From positions 8,135-72,134 of the forward strand of contig JAFGMW010000030.1 of the NCBI GenBank assembly GCA_016927275.1: 64,000 nucleotides of DNA. The letters are read 5' to 3'. Under the pieces are notes generated by a model that saw nothing but the letters and a program-made list of their open reading frames with translations, made no database searches and was not told the DNA's origin. The stretch comes from Pseudomonadota bacterium. GTDB lineage: Bacteria > UBA10199 > 2-02-FULL-44-16 > JAAZCA01. This document shows positions 49,888 to 60,031 of the stretch, in pieces. Made by a program: the position numbers and the translations under genes. The stretch's first letter is position 1; each line of letters opens with the position of its first letter.

Positions 49888-50634
49888 CTACTCTATCCAG
49901 CGGCCGAATTCGTGCCAGCGGATGCCCCCGTGGTCCTTGTCCAGGGGCAGCCAGACGAATAGGGCCTTGCCCTTGATGTTGCCCTCGGGGACGAAGCCCC
50001 ATTCCCTGCTGTCCGAGGAGTTGTCGCGGTTGTCCCCCATGACGAAGTAGTGGCCCGGCGGCACCACCGCCTCGAAGGTCGTGCGCTCCCTCTGTCTCTC
50101 GTACTGGACGAGATGGAGCGCCCCTCCGTCCTGCTCCTCGAAAAATTCGAAGTCGCGCCAGCCCCTCACAAACGGTATGGACCTCTTGAGGCCGTCGCGC
50201 ACCGAGAGCCTGCGCCTGTCGCCCGGGAACTCAGCGACCTCGACCGGCCGCCTTCGCTGCCTCTCCCCGTTGACCCAGAGATCCATCCCCTCGATGCGTA
50301 TACTGTCGCCGGGCAGCCCTATCACGCGCTTGATGAAGTCCTTGCCCCCGTCGACGGGGAAGATGAAGACCACCACGTCGCCGCGCTCGGGCGAGTCCCA
50401 CTCGAAGATGCGATGCCCGGTGAACGGGATCCTCGGGCCGTAGACGAACTTGTTCACGAATATGTGGTCCCCTATGGAGAGGGTGGGCAGCATCGAGCCG
50501 GACGGTATCTTGAACGCCTCCACGGCGAAGGCGCGTATGAGCAGCGCCACCGACACGGCCAGCAGGAGCGCCTCGGCGTATTCGCGGAACGCCCCCTTTT
50601 TCCCCTTCGAACCCTGCGCGATGTCCCCTGCCAT
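49888..50634 (-). CDS. lepB: signal peptidase I
   Basis: Motifs SGSMLPTL (Ser box), GDNRDNSSDSR and KRVIGLPGD. The start follows GGAGGAGAG. Confidence 0.85.
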   Translation of the reverse strand: MAGDIAQGSKGKKGAFREYAEALLLAVSVALLIRAFAVEAFKIPSGSMLPTLSIGDHIFVNKFVYGPRIPFTGHRIFEWDSPERGDVVVFIFPVDGGKDFIKRVIGLPGDSIRIEGMDLWVNGERQRRRPVEVAEFPGDRRRLSVRDGLKRSIPFVRGWRDFEFFEEQDGGALHLVQYERQRERTTFEAVVPPGHYFVMGDNRDNSSDSREWGFVPEGNIKGKALFVWLPLDKDHGGIRWHEFGRWIE

Positions 50635-50651
50635 CTCTCCTCCCCTCTGTT

Positions 50652-52448
50652 TCATCTCACCTTGAGCACGCTGAGGAAGGCCTCCTGCGGGATCTCCACC
50701 CTCCCCACCCTCTTCATCCTGCGCTTCCCCTCCTTCTGCTTCTCCAGCAGCTTCCGTTTCCTGGTGACGTCGCCGCCGTAGCACTTCGCGATCACGTCCT
50801 TGCGAAGGGCCTTGACCGTCTCGCGCGCGATCACCCTGGATCCGATCGCTGCCTGTATGGCGACCTCGTACTGCTGCCTCGGAATCAGCCCCCTGAGCTT
50901 GTGCACCAGCTCCCGCCCCTTGTACTGAGCGTTCTCGCGGTGGACTATCGCGGAGAGGGCGTCGACCGGGTCGCCGTTGATGAGCACGGTGAGCTTCACG
51001 AGGCTCGCCGGCCTGTAGCCGATGATCTCGTAGTCGAGAGAGGCGTAGCCGCGCGATACGGTCTTGAGCTGATCGAAGAAGTCGAACATCATCTCCGCGA
51101 ACGGCAGATTGTACTTTATCAGGACGCGGTCGCGGCCGAAGTACTCCATGTTCACCTGCTCCCCCCTGCGGTCCTGGCAGAGCTGCATGAGGGCCCCGAG
51201 CGACTCGTTGGGGCACATGATGGAGGCCAGGGCGTAAGGCTCGCGGATCTCCTTTATGTGGTTCGACTCCGGGAGCTTCGCCGGGTTCTCCACGCGCACC
51301 TGCTCGCCCCCGGTGGTCTCGACCTCGTACACGACGGTCGGCGCGGTGGAGACGAGTGTGAGCCCGTACTCCCTCTCGAGGCGCTCCTGCACTATCTCTA
51401 TGTGGAGCGAGCCCAGAAACCCGGCCCTGAATCCGAAGCCCAGGGCGCCCGAGGTCTCAGGCTCGTAGGTGAACGAGGAGTCGTTGAGCTTGAGCTTCTC
51501 CATCGCCTCCTTGAGGTCCTCGTACTGTCCCGGGTCCGTGGGGTAGAGCCCCGCGAAGACCATGGGCTTCACCTCGCGGAAGCCGGGGAGCGGCTCTTCG
51601 GCGGGGTTCGCGGCGTCGGTGATGGTGTCGCCGACCCTCGTGTCGGCGACCTGCTTTATGTTCGCGACGACCATGCCGACGTCGCCCGCGGAGAGCGACT
51701 CCACGTCGCGCTGGTGCGGGTCGAAGACGCCCAGCCTCTGGACCTCGAACTCCTTGCCCACGTTCATGAGCCTGATCCGCCCGCCGACCTCGATCCTCCC
51801 GTCGACGACCCTGGCCAGCGCCACCGCGCCCAGGTACGGGTCGAACCAGCTGTCGAAGATCAGCGCGCGCAGGGGGGCTCTCTCAGAGCCGCGCGGCTTC
51901 GGGAGATGCTCGACTATCGCCTCGAGCACGTCGGCGACCCCCTCCCCCGTCTTCGCGGAGACCGCGACCGCAATCTCGGAGGATATGGCCAGCACCTCCT
52001 CGCACTGGGCCAGCGTCCCCTCCACGTCGGAGTTGGGCAGGTCGATCTTGTTTATCACAGGCACTATCTCCACGCCGTTCTGCATGGCCATGAGCGCGTT
52101 CGCGAGCGTCTGCGCCTGCACGCCCTGGGTGGCGTCGATCACCAGCAGAGCGCCGTCGCATGCGGCCAGCGAGCGGCTGACCTCGTAGTGGAAGTCCACG
52201 TGCCCGGGCGTGTCGATCAGGTTGAACTCGTAGGTCTTCCCGTCCTTCGCCGTGTAGTTGAGCCGGACCGAGCGGGCCTTGATGGTGATCCCGCGCTCGC
52301 GCTCGAGCTCCATGTCGTCGAGGAACTGGTCCCTCCTCTCGCGCTGCGAGACCGCGCCGGTCTGCTCGAGTATTCGGTCGGCGAGCGTGGACTTGCCGTG
52401 GTCGATGTGGGCGATGATGGAAAAATTTCTTATGTGTGATTGGGACAT
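50652..52448 (-). CDS. lepA: elongation factor 4 (LepA)
   Basis: GTPase G1 AHIDHGKST, and the LepA-specific C-terminal domain. Confidence 0.92.
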   Translation of the reverse strand: MSQSHIRNFSIIAHIDHGKSTLADRILEQTGAVSQRERRDQFLDDMELERERGITIKARSVRLNYTAKDGKTYEFNLIDTPGHVDFHYEVSRSLAACDGALLVIDATQGVQAQTLANALMAMQNGVEIVPVINKIDLPNSDVEGTLAQCEEVLAISSEIAVAVSAKTGEGVADVLEAIVEHLPKPRGSERAPLRALIFDSWFDPYLGAVALARVVDGRIEVGGRIRLMNVGKEFEVQRLGVFDPHQRDVESLSAGDVGMVVANIKQVADTRVGDTITDAANPAEEPLPGFREVKPMVFAGLYPTDPGQYEDLKEAMEKLKLNDSSFTYEPETSGALGFGFRAGFLGSLHIEIVQERLEREYGLTLVSTAPTVVYEVETTGGEQVRVENPAKLPESNHIKEIREPYALASIMCPNESLGALMQLCQDRRGEQVNMEYFGRDRVLIKYNLPFAEMMFDFFDQLKTVSRGYASLDYEIIGYRPASLVKLTVLINGDPVDALSAIVHRENAQYKGRELVHKLRGLIPRQQYEVAIQAAIGSRVIARETVKALRKDVIAKCYGGDVTRKRKLLEKQKEGKRRMKRVGRVEIPQEAFLSVLKVR

Positions 52449-52454
52449 AGGGGC

Positions 52455-52495
52455 CGTGACTCGTTACTCGTGACTGGTGACTCGTTGCTGGTGAT
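52455..52495. repeat. heptamer tandem repeat array (degenerate, about 5 units) between lepA and the SPOR gene
   Basis: cgtgactcgttactcgtgactggtgactcgttgctggtgat. Confidence 0.75.
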
Positions 52496-52532
52496 CAATA
52501 AGGGCAGATGCCTTGCAGAAGATCAGCAAAGC

Positions 52533-53333
52533 CTATTGCTCGTTCAGCACGACGAGGGCCTCGACGTTCTCCTTCGCGCTCAACTCCTGCATGTACCTCA
52601 TGGCGTCTTCGCGGTTCTCGAAGCCGCCGATCCGGACGCGGTACCAGCGGCCGCGGTCGGGGATGTCCGCTATCATTATGAACGCGGGGTAGCCCTTGCC
52701 CTTCCACTTCTCGGCGATCTTCGTCCCCTCGGCCAGATCGGGATACGAACCGATCTGGACCGAGTAGCGCGCGTTCTGCCCCGACTTGACCCTGATGACG
52801 CTCGAGTCCGACGCGGCCGCGGTATCGGCCGCGGATGAACCCGGCCGCGCCGCCGGCGCCTCCTGCTGGGCGAGCGGGGGCGACTCCGCGGCCGGGGGCC
52901 TCTGCTCCACGCTCGGTGCCACAGGCTCGGGGGCCAAAGGCGGGGGTTCTCTCCGCTCCACCGCGACCACGTCCGGCATCCCGGCCCTGGGGCCCTGGGC
53001 CTGGTCGATCATCTCCTTTATGCGGTCCTTGAGCTCCGGGGTGTCCGCCTTGGCCATCAACTCGCCGGCCATCTTAGCCACCTCGGGGTCCTGGGTGGTC
53101 ATGACCCTGGACTCCGCCTTGCCGCCTGCAGCGTGGTTCGCGCTCTCTAGGGCCACGGCCGGCGGCCTGTCCAGGCCCAGAAGCCCCCTGCCGTAGCGCG
53201 CCCCGAGGTAGAAAACGAAGAAGAGCGTGAAGACCTCGAGCACGAGCAAAGCGAAGAACTGCCCGAACGTGAAGCGGCAGAAGAAGCTCTCGGCCTCGTC
53301 GTGCCTGCTCCTGTTGGGCATGTAGCTAGACAT
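52533..53333 (-). CDS. SPOR domain-containing membrane protein
   Basis: TM helix, Pro/Ala-rich linker and a C-terminal SPOR domain (YSVQIGSY...GYPAFIM...YRVRIGGF). The start is uncertain between 53333 and 53381. Confidence 0.65.
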   Translation of the reverse strand: MSSYMPNRSRHDEAESFFCRFTFGQFFALLVLEVFTLFFVFYLGARYGRGLLGLDRPPAVALESANHAAGGKAESRVMTTQDPEVAKMAGELMAKADTPELKDRIKEMIDQAQGPRAGMPDVVAVERREPPPLAPEPVAPSVEQRPPAAESPPLAQQEAPAARPGSSAADTAAASDSSVIRVKSGQNARYSVQIGSYPDLAEGTKIAEKWKGKGYPAFIMIADIPDRGRWYRVRIGGFENREDAMRYMQELSAKENVEALVVLNEQ

Positions 53334-55038
53334 CCTGTTCCTCCACGGCCCGGGCCATCTCCTCGGGCGCAGAAATTCCAAGTATTCTCAAGGCATTTTG
53401 TAACACAATCCGTACGTTTTTCAAGAGATAGAGCTTGGCCGCCGAACGCGCCGGGTCGTCGGTGAGGACGCGGTAGCGCTCGTCGGCCCGGCCCTTGCTG
53501 TAGTAGGACTGGAACATCCGGGCCAGCTCGAGGAGGTAGAAGGCCAGCTTGTGGGGCTCCAGCTCCAGGGCGCACTCCTCTATCACGGTCGGCAGCGCCT
53601 CGGCGAAGCGGGCGAGTTTCGGCTCCTCCGGCAGATCCAGCAGCGAGAGATTGACGTCCTCGGGCCCCGCCGCGCAGAGGCCCTTCTCCTCCGCCTTCCT
53701 GAAGATGCTGGCGATCCGGGCGTGGGCGTACTGTATGTAATAGACCGGGTTGTCCGAGCTCTCCCTCTTCGCGAGGTCCAGGTCGAAATCCAGCTGCGCG
53801 TTGTGCGACCGCATGAGGAAGAAGTAGCGGCAGACGTCCCTGCCGACCTCCCTGCGCACGTCCTCCAGTGTCTCGTAGGTGGCGGAGCGGGTCGACATGG
53901 AGATGAGCTCGCCCGCCCTGATGAGGTTCACGAGCTGGATGAGGACCGCGTCGAAGCTCGCGGGGTCGTGCCCCAGGGCCCGGACCGCCGCCTTCATTCG
54001 CGCCACGTAGCCGGCGTGGTCGGCGCCCCAGACGTCGATGACGCGGTCGAAGCCGCGGTCGTACTTGTTCTTGTGGTAGGCGATATCCGCGGCGAAATAG
54101 GTCAGGGCGCCGTCCCCCTTGCGCAGGACCCGGTCCTTGTCGTCGCCGTACTCGATCGATCGGAACCAGAGGGCGCCGTCCTTCTCGTAGGTGCGCCCTT
54201 TTCGGCCGAGCCACCTGAGCGCGCCTTCTATCATGGCGTCGGTGTGGAGCCTGTTCTCGAAGAAATACACGTCGTGGACCACGCCGGTGTCGGCGAGGTC
54301 CTTCTTTATCCACTCGAGGATCCGGTCGCCCGCCTCCTCGCCCAGAAATTCGATCGCCTCCTGCTCGCCCATGTTCGCGAGCCTCGCGCCGTGCTCCTCG
54401 CCGATGACCTTGGCGATCTCGACTATGTAGTGGCCCTGGTAGCACTCCTCGGGGAATTCGATCCTCTCCCCGCCGAGCTCCCTGAGCCTCAGATAGACCG
54501 ACCTGCCGAGGGTCCTGATCTGTCCCCCCGCGTCGTTGACGTAGTACTCCTTGGTCACCTCGTAGCCCGCTGCGGCGAGCACGTTGGCGAGCACGTCCCC
54601 GTAGACCGCGCCGCGGCCGTGGCCGATGTGGAGCGGACCCGTGGGGTTGGCGCTGACGAACTCGACCTGGGCCTTTTTGCCCCTTCCTATGTCGATGGTG
54701 CCGAAGGCGGGTCCAGCGCCACTGATCACAGCAAGCCCCTCGAGGAAGAAGGAGGGCTTGACCGTGAAGTTTATAAAACCGGGCCCTGCGATCTCGCACC
54801 TCGCGAGCCTGGCGGTCTCCTCGGGGAGGCGCTCCATGAGCCTCGCCGCCAGGTCCCTGGGCTTCATCTTCGCGGCCGCGGCGAGGACGAGCGCGGCGTT
54901 GGTCGAGAAATCGCCGTGCCCCGCCTGCTTCGGCACGGAGATCTCCACCTTCGCCTCCGCCTCCCCCGGGAGGATCCCCTCCCTGCGGCAGGCCTCGATG
55001 GCGCTCCCTATGAGATCTGAAAGCCTGTTATGAATCAT
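53326..55038 (-). CDS. argS: arginine--tRNA ligase
   Basis: HIGH motif (LHIGHGRGAVYGDVLA), with the anticodon-binding C-domain. Confidence 0.9.
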   Translation of the reverse strand: MIHNRLSDLIGSAIEACRREGILPGEAEAKVEISVPKQAGHGDFSTNAALVLAAAAKMKPRDLAARLMERLPEETARLARCEIAGPGFINFTVKPSFFLEGLAVISGAGPAFGTIDIGRGKKAQVEFVSANPTGPLHIGHGRGAVYGDVLANVLAAAGYEVTKEYYVNDAGGQIRTLGRSVYLRLRELGGERIEFPEECYQGHYIVEIAKVIGEEHGARLANMGEQEAIEFLGEEAGDRILEWIKKDLADTGVVHDVYFFENRLHTDAMIEGALRWLGRKGRTYEKDGALWFRSIEYGDDKDRVLRKGDGALTYFAADIAYHKNKYDRGFDRVIDVWGADHAGYVARMKAAVRALGHDPASFDAVLIQLVNLIRAGELISMSTRSATYETLEDVRREVGRDVCRYFFLMRSHNAQLDFDLDLAKRESSDNPVYYIQYAHARIASIFRKAEEKGLCAAGPEDVNLSLLDLPEEPKLARFAEALPTVIEECALELEPHKLAFYLLELARMFQSYYSKGRADERYRVLTDDPARSAAKLYLLKNVRIVLQNALRILGISAPEEMARAVEEQDV

Positions 55039-56425
55039 CTCTTTTTGCCTTCCCCCTGCGGGCCTCCCGGGGCCCGACCACCACCAGGGACATGCCCTCC
55101 GGATGGAGATAGTCGCGGGCCACCCGCCTCAGCTCCCCCCGGTCCGCGCGCACGATCGCGTCGCGGTAGACCCTCCAGTAGTCGTCCGGATAGCCGAAAT
55201 AGCGATAGCGGGCACGCTGGTCCACGACGTTGAACGGCTGGTCGAACAAAAACACGAGCCTGGATATCATGGAGCGCTTCGCAAAGTCTATCTCCTCTTT
55301 GGTGAAGTCCCCCTCCTCGGCGAGCCTCTTCACCTGCTCCTTCACCAGGGCTATGGCCTCCTGCGCGTCGGGCGCCCTGGTGTCGAGTGAGATGAGAAAC
55401 GTTCCGTAGTCCCTCTCCGCGGTGACGCTGCTCGAGACGCTGTAGGCCAGCCCCTTCCTCACGCGGATCTGTTCGACGAGCCGGCTCTTGAACCCGCCGC
55501 CGCCGAGGATGCTGTCGACGAGGAAGAGAGGGAACTTGTCCGGATTGTCCCTTTTCAGCGAGAGGTGCCCCATCCGCACGAACGCCTGCGCGGTCGGACG
55601 ATTCACCTGCTCCGTCCTCCCCTCGAATTTCAGCGCCACCGGCTCCACCGCGGGGAGCTCCGGTCTGCCCCGAGGCGCCTGCGCAGTGAGCCCCTTGAGG
55701 AGCCCCTCCATCCGGCCGCAGGAAAAGTCGCCCGAAGCGGCGAGTATCATGTTGTCGGCCCTGAAATATCTCCTGTGGAAATCCTCCACGTCGCTCCGCC
55801 TGATCCTTCTAAGCGATTTTTTGTCCGGCCTGCGCGCCCACGGGCTCGTTTTTCCGTACACCATCTCCCGGAAGAGGCGGTCCGCCTGCCCGTCGGGGGC
55901 GTCGTCCTCGCGGCGCAGCCCCTCCTCCATGGCCTTTCTGGCGGTGGCCAGGCGCGCCTCGTCGAGGCGGGGGCGGAAGAGCATCTCGAACATGAGCGAG
56001 AGCCCCTCCTCGAGATCGGAGGAGAGCACGCCGAGGGTGGCGGCGGACATCTCGCGAGAGGTAAAGACCGCGAGTTCAGCGCCCATGTCGTCGAGCCTTT
56101 TGTCGAACTCCTCGGGGGTGAGTTCGCCCGCGCCGCCGGTCCTCATGTGCGCGCCAGCGAGGGAGGCCAGGCCGGCCTTGTCCGCAGGGTCGTAGATGCC
56201 GCCGGTCCTCGTGATGACCCTCACCCTCACCGTCGGCAGCGTGGTGTCTGAGAGCAGATAGCAGGCCATGCCGTTGGGCAGCTCTATCGCCCTGACCGCG
56301 GGCGGCCTTGCGTCCGGGAGGGGCCCCCTCTCCAGGGAGAGGAAATGGCTGTCCGTGGCCCATGCCCTGCAGAACGGGGCTGCGGCAATCATCAGTGCGA
56401 CTGCTGAAAGGATGCGGGCCCTCAT
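55028..56425 (-). CDS. M16 family peptidase, likely non-catalytic partner subunit
   Basis: Signal peptide and M16 fold, but no HxxEH motif. Confidence 0.7.
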   Translation of the reverse strand: MRARILSAVALMIAAAPFCRAWATDSHFLSLERGPLPDARPPAVRAIELPNGMACYLLSDTTLPTVRVRVITRTGGIYDPADKAGLASLAGAHMRTGGAGELTPEEFDKRLDDMGAELAVFTSREMSAATLGVLSSDLEEGLSLMFEMLFRPRLDEARLATARKAMEEGLRREDDAPDGQADRLFREMVYGKTSPWARRPDKKSLRRIRRSDVEDFHRRYFRADNMILAASGDFSCGRMEGLLKGLTAQAPRGRPELPAVEPVALKFEGRTEQVNRPTAQAFVRMGHLSLKRDNPDKFPLFLVDSILGGGGFKSRLVEQIRVRKGLAYSVSSSVTAERDYGTFLISLDTRAPDAQEAIALVKEQVKRLAEEGDFTKEEIDFAKRSMISRLVFLFDQPFNVVDQRARYRYFGYPDDYWRVYRDAIVRADRGELRRVARDYLHPEGMSLVVVGPREARRGKAKRDDS

Positions 56426-57894
56426 CTCTTCCTCTCCAAAATCACCCGGTTCGACTCCACAAGGTACTCCCTGGCAACCGACATCACCTCTTCGGGAGAG
56501 ACGTTCGCGATCATCTCGGGATATCTTCCGAGGAGCCTCCAGTCGTCGAACAGGGTCTGGAAGCGGGCCAGCTCCTCCGCGAACGTCTCGTTGTTGTCCA
56601 GAGAGAACATGATGGAGGCCGTGACCGACTTTCGCACGCGGTCCAGCTCAGCGCCCTCCACCGGGACCTCCTTGAGCCTTTGGATCTCCTCGTCCACGAT
56701 CCTCATGACCTCTTTCGTCGACCCGCCATTCATCGGCTCGACCCATATCATGAAGAGGTTGGGGAGCCTCGAGCCGGGGAACGAGTCGCTGCAATAAACG
56801 GACTTGGCGATCCGCTCCTCGAATATGAGCCTCCTCTTGAGCCTGCTCGATCCCCCGTCGCACAAAAGGCTCGTGATCGCGTCGAAGGAGTACTCGGCGG
56901 GATCGGGCAGCGTGGGCTTGTGGTACGCGATAGCGACTGCGGGGGCGGCGTTGAACTTCATGACCCCGCGGAACCCTCCCATCGCCTTGCCCCGCCTCTC
57001 CGGAGAAGGGGGCTTGGCCTTGCCGCTCCGTTTCCCGAACTCCCTCTGCACTATCGCCCTCGCCTCCCCTACGCCGACGTCGCCGACTATCACGCCGACC
57101 ATGTTGGCGGGAACGTAGTGGCGCCTGTGGAACTCCCTGGCGTCCGCTGTCGTGAACCCCATCACGTCGCTCTCGGAGCCGACGGTGGGCCAGCTGTATC
57201 CGCCGCCGTCGAACGCCGTGGCGAGAAGCCTCTCCACGAACGCGCCGTTGGGGTCGTCGTCCACACCGCTGCGGCGCTCCTGCGCCACCACGCTGCGCTC
57301 GACATAGAAATCCCTGTACGCCGGGTCGAAGACCATGTCGGAGATGACCGCGGCCCAGAGGGCCAGCCTGTTCGCGGGGAGGCTCGCGTAGAACGCAGTC
57401 AGGTCCTTGTTCGTGTAGGCGTTTATCTCGTTTGCGCCGTTGCGCATGAGCATCTCCCAGACCTCGTTCTTCTCCTGGTATTTCGCGGCCTCCTTGCGCA
57501 GCCCTTTCATGCGCTTTTTCATCTCCGCGATCCGCCCCCCGTCCGGCCGCGCCGAGCGGCTCTCGGCGGTGAGTTCTGCGCCCAGCCGCTCGATCTCCTC
57601 GAGCAGGGGCCTCTCCTTCTCCCAGTCCTTCGTGCAGAGCCTGCTCGTGCCCTTGAAGGCCATGTGCTCGAACATGTGCGCGAGACCGGTCTTGCCCGGC
57701 TCCTCGTCCAGCCCGCCCGCCCGCACCATCACGATCCCTGAGAACACGGGGGCCTGCTTCCGCCTCACGACCAGCCAGCGCATGCCGTTTGAGAGGCGAA
57801 ACTCTGAGACATGGCTTTCGAGGTCATAGCCGAGCGCCCGCACCGGCAGGAGCGCCATTAAAATGATAAGGAGTGTTAAGGTCTTGGGCCGCAT
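56422..57894 (-). CDS. M16 family zinc peptidase (pitrilysin-like)
   Basis: Signal peptide. Inverted zinc motif HMFEH (HxxEH). Confidence 0.8.
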   Translation of the reverse strand: MRPKTLTLLIILMALLPVRALGYDLESHVSEFRLSNGMRWLVVRRKQAPVFSGIVMVRAGGLDEEPGKTGLAHMFEHMAFKGTSRLCTKDWEKERPLLEEIERLGAELTAESRSARPDGGRIAEMKKRMKGLRKEAAKYQEKNEVWEMLMRNGANEINAYTNKDLTAFYASLPANRLALWAAVISDMVFDPAYRDFYVERSVVAQERRSGVDDDPNGAFVERLLATAFDGGGYSWPTVGSESDVMGFTTADAREFHRRHYVPANMVGVIVGDVGVGEARAIVQREFGKRSGKAKPPSPERRGKAMGGFRGVMKFNAAPAVAIAYHKPTLPDPAEYSFDAITSLLCDGGSSRLKRRLIFEERIAKSVYCSDSFPGSRLPNLFMIWVEPMNGGSTKEVMRIVDEEIQRLKEVPVEGAELDRVRKSVTASIMFSLDNNETFAEELARFQTLFDDWRLLGRYPEMIANVSPEEVMSVAREYLVESNRVILERKR

Positions 57895-58031
57895 CCCTCT
57901 TGTCTCCGCGCGCTGTTATAGCTGAGAAATCGTTTGAATCTCAGTTCGTTAGCAGATTGCTCACCCATGCTCAAGGGACAAATAAATTAAATTATGATAA
58001 GCAAATTGTCATAAAATGTCTTTATATGTAC

Positions 58032-58059
58032 TTGACATGATATTAGATAGTTATAAAAT
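58032..58059 (+). promoter_or_regulatory. near-consensus sigma-70 promoter in AT-rich island
   Basis: TTGACA, a 14-16-bp spacer, then TATAAA/TAAAAT, upstream of the small ORF at 58143. Confidence 0.4.
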
Positions 58060-58142
58060 ATATGCAAATTAAGCTTAATTATGTATAGGCAGCGAGAGTA
58101 AAGAGGTCGATTTTTCAGGGATTGGATCCGTCAGGGGGAGAT

Positions 58143-58334
58143 ATGGATCCGGCACTCAAGGCCCTTTGCGTCGAGGTTTTGAGGGGAAACGTGGACAGCG
58201 AGCGTTTCGCATGGCTGCTGATCGAGACAGGCGTCGATCTGGACAGCTACGAGTGGGACGTCGCAAATCATCTGCTCCAGGCGGGAGACGCGATCTCATC
58301 CCTCACCCAGAAGTTCGGCTACACCCTTCAGTGA
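58143..58334 (+). CDS. hypothetical small acidic protein
   Basis: 63-aa ORF with an ATG after GGGGGAG. It lies downstream of a near-consensus sigma-70 promoter in an AT-rich island. Confidence 0.4.
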   Translation: MDPALKALCVEVLRGNVDSERFAWLLIETGVDLDSYEWDVANHLLQAGDAISSLTQKFGYTLQ

Positions 58335-58347
58335 TTCCGTAGGGGGC

Positions 58348-59229
58348 TCAGCCCCTTGGCCCTTCCCTCAGATATCCCAGGCATTTGTAGGCGAGTTTCG
58401 CGACCAGGAAATCGGCCGCATGGAACCCCTCGCGGGGCGCGAGTTCCACGATGTCCATCCCCACGGTCCTCTTCGCCCCCATGACGAGCCGCAGGAAGTC
58501 GGTCACATCGTACCATCCCATGCCGCCCGGCTCCGGCGTCCCGGTCATCGGGAGCACAGAGGAGTCGAATGCGTCCACGTCTATCGTTATGTAGACCTTC
58601 TCGGTCTTTATCGCGTCGAGCGCCTTGGCCATCCACGACCTGTCGGCGCGCATTTTGTGCGCGAAGAAGACCGGCAGCCGGTCGCGCTCGACCCACAGCG
58701 CCTCGTCGCGCGACAGGTTGCGGATCCCCACCTGCACCGCGGGGGCGAGATCCTTCACCCTGGCAATGGCGCAGGCGTGGCTCATCCGCTCGCCCCCGTA
58801 CTCCTGCCTCAGGTCTGCGTGCGCGTCGAGCTGCACCACGGTCGTGTCCGGGTGGATGCGATGGACGGCCGCGAAGACCGCGGGCGTGATCGAGTGCTCC
58901 CCCCCCAGCGAGAGGGGGATCTTGCCGTCGCGGACGATCTTCGTCACCGCGGGGGCGATCCTGTCGAAGAGCTCTGACGGGTGTGCGCCCGAGACGTCGA
59001 CCGGATCGAGCGTGGCAACCCCCACGTCAAACGGCTCGCAACGGAGCTCCTCGTCGTAGAGCTCCACCTGCGCCGACGCCTCGATGATCGCCGCGGGGCC
59101 CCGCGCCGTCCCCCCTCCGTAGCTGACAGTGGCCTCGTAGGGAATCGGGAGGACCGCGACCCGGGCGCGGGCGTAGTCAGCGTCCTTGGGGTCAAGGCCG
59201 AGAAAGTTCCTGGCGTGGGCATGGATCAT
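58348..59229 (-). CDS. speB: agmatinase (ureohydrolase family)
   Basis: Mn-binding motifs (GGEHSIT, DAHADL, DVDAFD). Confidence 0.85.
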   Translation of the reverse strand: MIHAHARNFLGLDPKDADYARARVAVLPIPYEATVSYGGGTARGPAAIIEASAQVELYDEELRCEPFDVGVATLDPVDVSGAHPSELFDRIAPAVTKIVRDGKIPLSLGGEHSITPAVFAAVHRIHPDTTVVQLDAHADLRQEYGGERMSHACAIARVKDLAPAVQVGIRNLSRDEALWVERDRLPVFFAHKMRADRSWMAKALDAIKTEKVYITIDVDAFDSSVLPMTGTPEPGGMGWYDVTDFLRLVMGAKRTVGMDIVELAPREGFHAADFLVAKLAYKCLGYLREGPRG

Positions 59230-59238
59230 GCGAAGACC

Positions 59239-59790
59239 TCAGGTGACGAAGATCGCGCCGGCCAGGACCGTGGTCCACAGCCCCTTCGAGTCGCCCACCG
59301 CGGACTGGGTGCTGTTCATCGTGCGCACTATCTCGCCGGAGATGGTCCAGGTGCCCTTGCGATCGTTCCACGACTTGTCGGCGTCGAAGCCCACGCCGAG
59401 GATCGTGGCGAGCATCTCGGCGGCGAGGTCCTCAGCGTAGTCGCCGGCCGCGCGCTCGTTCTGGCCGTAGGCGTGGTGCTCGGAGAGGTAACCGTGGAAC
59501 TCCTTGTTCTTGGGTATCGAGAGGCCGACCGACGCCGCTATCAGCCGGTGCGGCTCGTTGGACGCGCAGTCGGAGAGCACGCAGTAGACGACCTGGCCGG
59601 GAGAGAGCCTGAGCAGCCCCTCCGCCCTGTTGACGATCTTGCAGCCGGGCGGGAATATGCTGGAGACGCGGACGAGGTTGAATTGCGCGATGCGCGCCGA
59701 CCGAAGGGCCATCTCGAAGCTCTGCAGCTTCTCGCGGTGCCTTCCCACTCCCTTCGTCAAAAATATCCTGCTGGGCACGAACTGCGACAT
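59239..59790 (-). CDS. pdaD: pyruvoyl-dependent arginine decarboxylase
   Basis: PdaD signature N-terminus MSQFVPSRIFLTKGVG...FNLVRVSSIFPP, including the Ser-Ser self-cleavage site. ATG lies after AAGGAGGAGGGG. Confidence 0.8.
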   Translation of the reverse strand: MSQFVPSRIFLTKGVGRHREKLQSFEMALRSARIAQFNLVRVSSIFPPGCKIVNRAEGLLRLSPGQVVYCVLSDCASNEPHRLIAASVGLSIPKNKEFHGYLSEHHAYGQNERAAGDYAEDLAAEMLATILGVGFDADKSWNDRKGTWTISGEIVRTMNSTQSAVGDSKGLWTTVLAGAIFVT

Positions 59791-59873
59791 GGTCCCCTCC
59801 TCCTTGCCGATATGAAAAACTGGTCGCGCAACTAACACATCCGCACCTGCCCCACAAGACAAAAGCCCGCTCC

Positions 59874-59905
59874 CGAAAAAAATACGGGAGCCCTTTCGGG
59901 CCCCC
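59874..59905 (-). terminator. intrinsic terminator/attenuator between the poly-Lys leader ORF and pdaD
   Basis: On the - strand: GGGGGCCC-GAAA-GGGCUCCC followed by GUAUUUUUUU. An alternative pairing GGCUCCCG/CGGGAGC can sequester the 3' stem half. Confidence 0.55.
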
Positions 59906-59929
59906 GCATCTGCCTCTCCGTTCGGAGAG

Positions 59930-60031
59930 CTACTTCCTCTTCTTGCGCGCCACCTTCTTCTTCTTCTTCGCTACCTTCTTCTTCTTTGTGACCTTCTTCT
60001 TTTTCTTCACCACCTTTTTCTTCTTTACCAT
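59930..60031 (-). CDS. 33-aa poly-lysine leader-like peptide (MVKKKKVVKKKKKVTKKKKVAKKKKKVARKKRK)
   Basis: Absent from the ORF table because it is under 60 aa. ATG lies 5 nt after AAGGAGGGGG. 25 of 33 codons are Lys in a VxKKKK(K) periodicity. An intrinsic terminator follows immediately, and it lies upstream of pdaD-speB. Confidence 0.55.
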   Translation of the reverse strand: MVKKKKVVKKKKKVTKKKKVAKKKKKVARKKRK

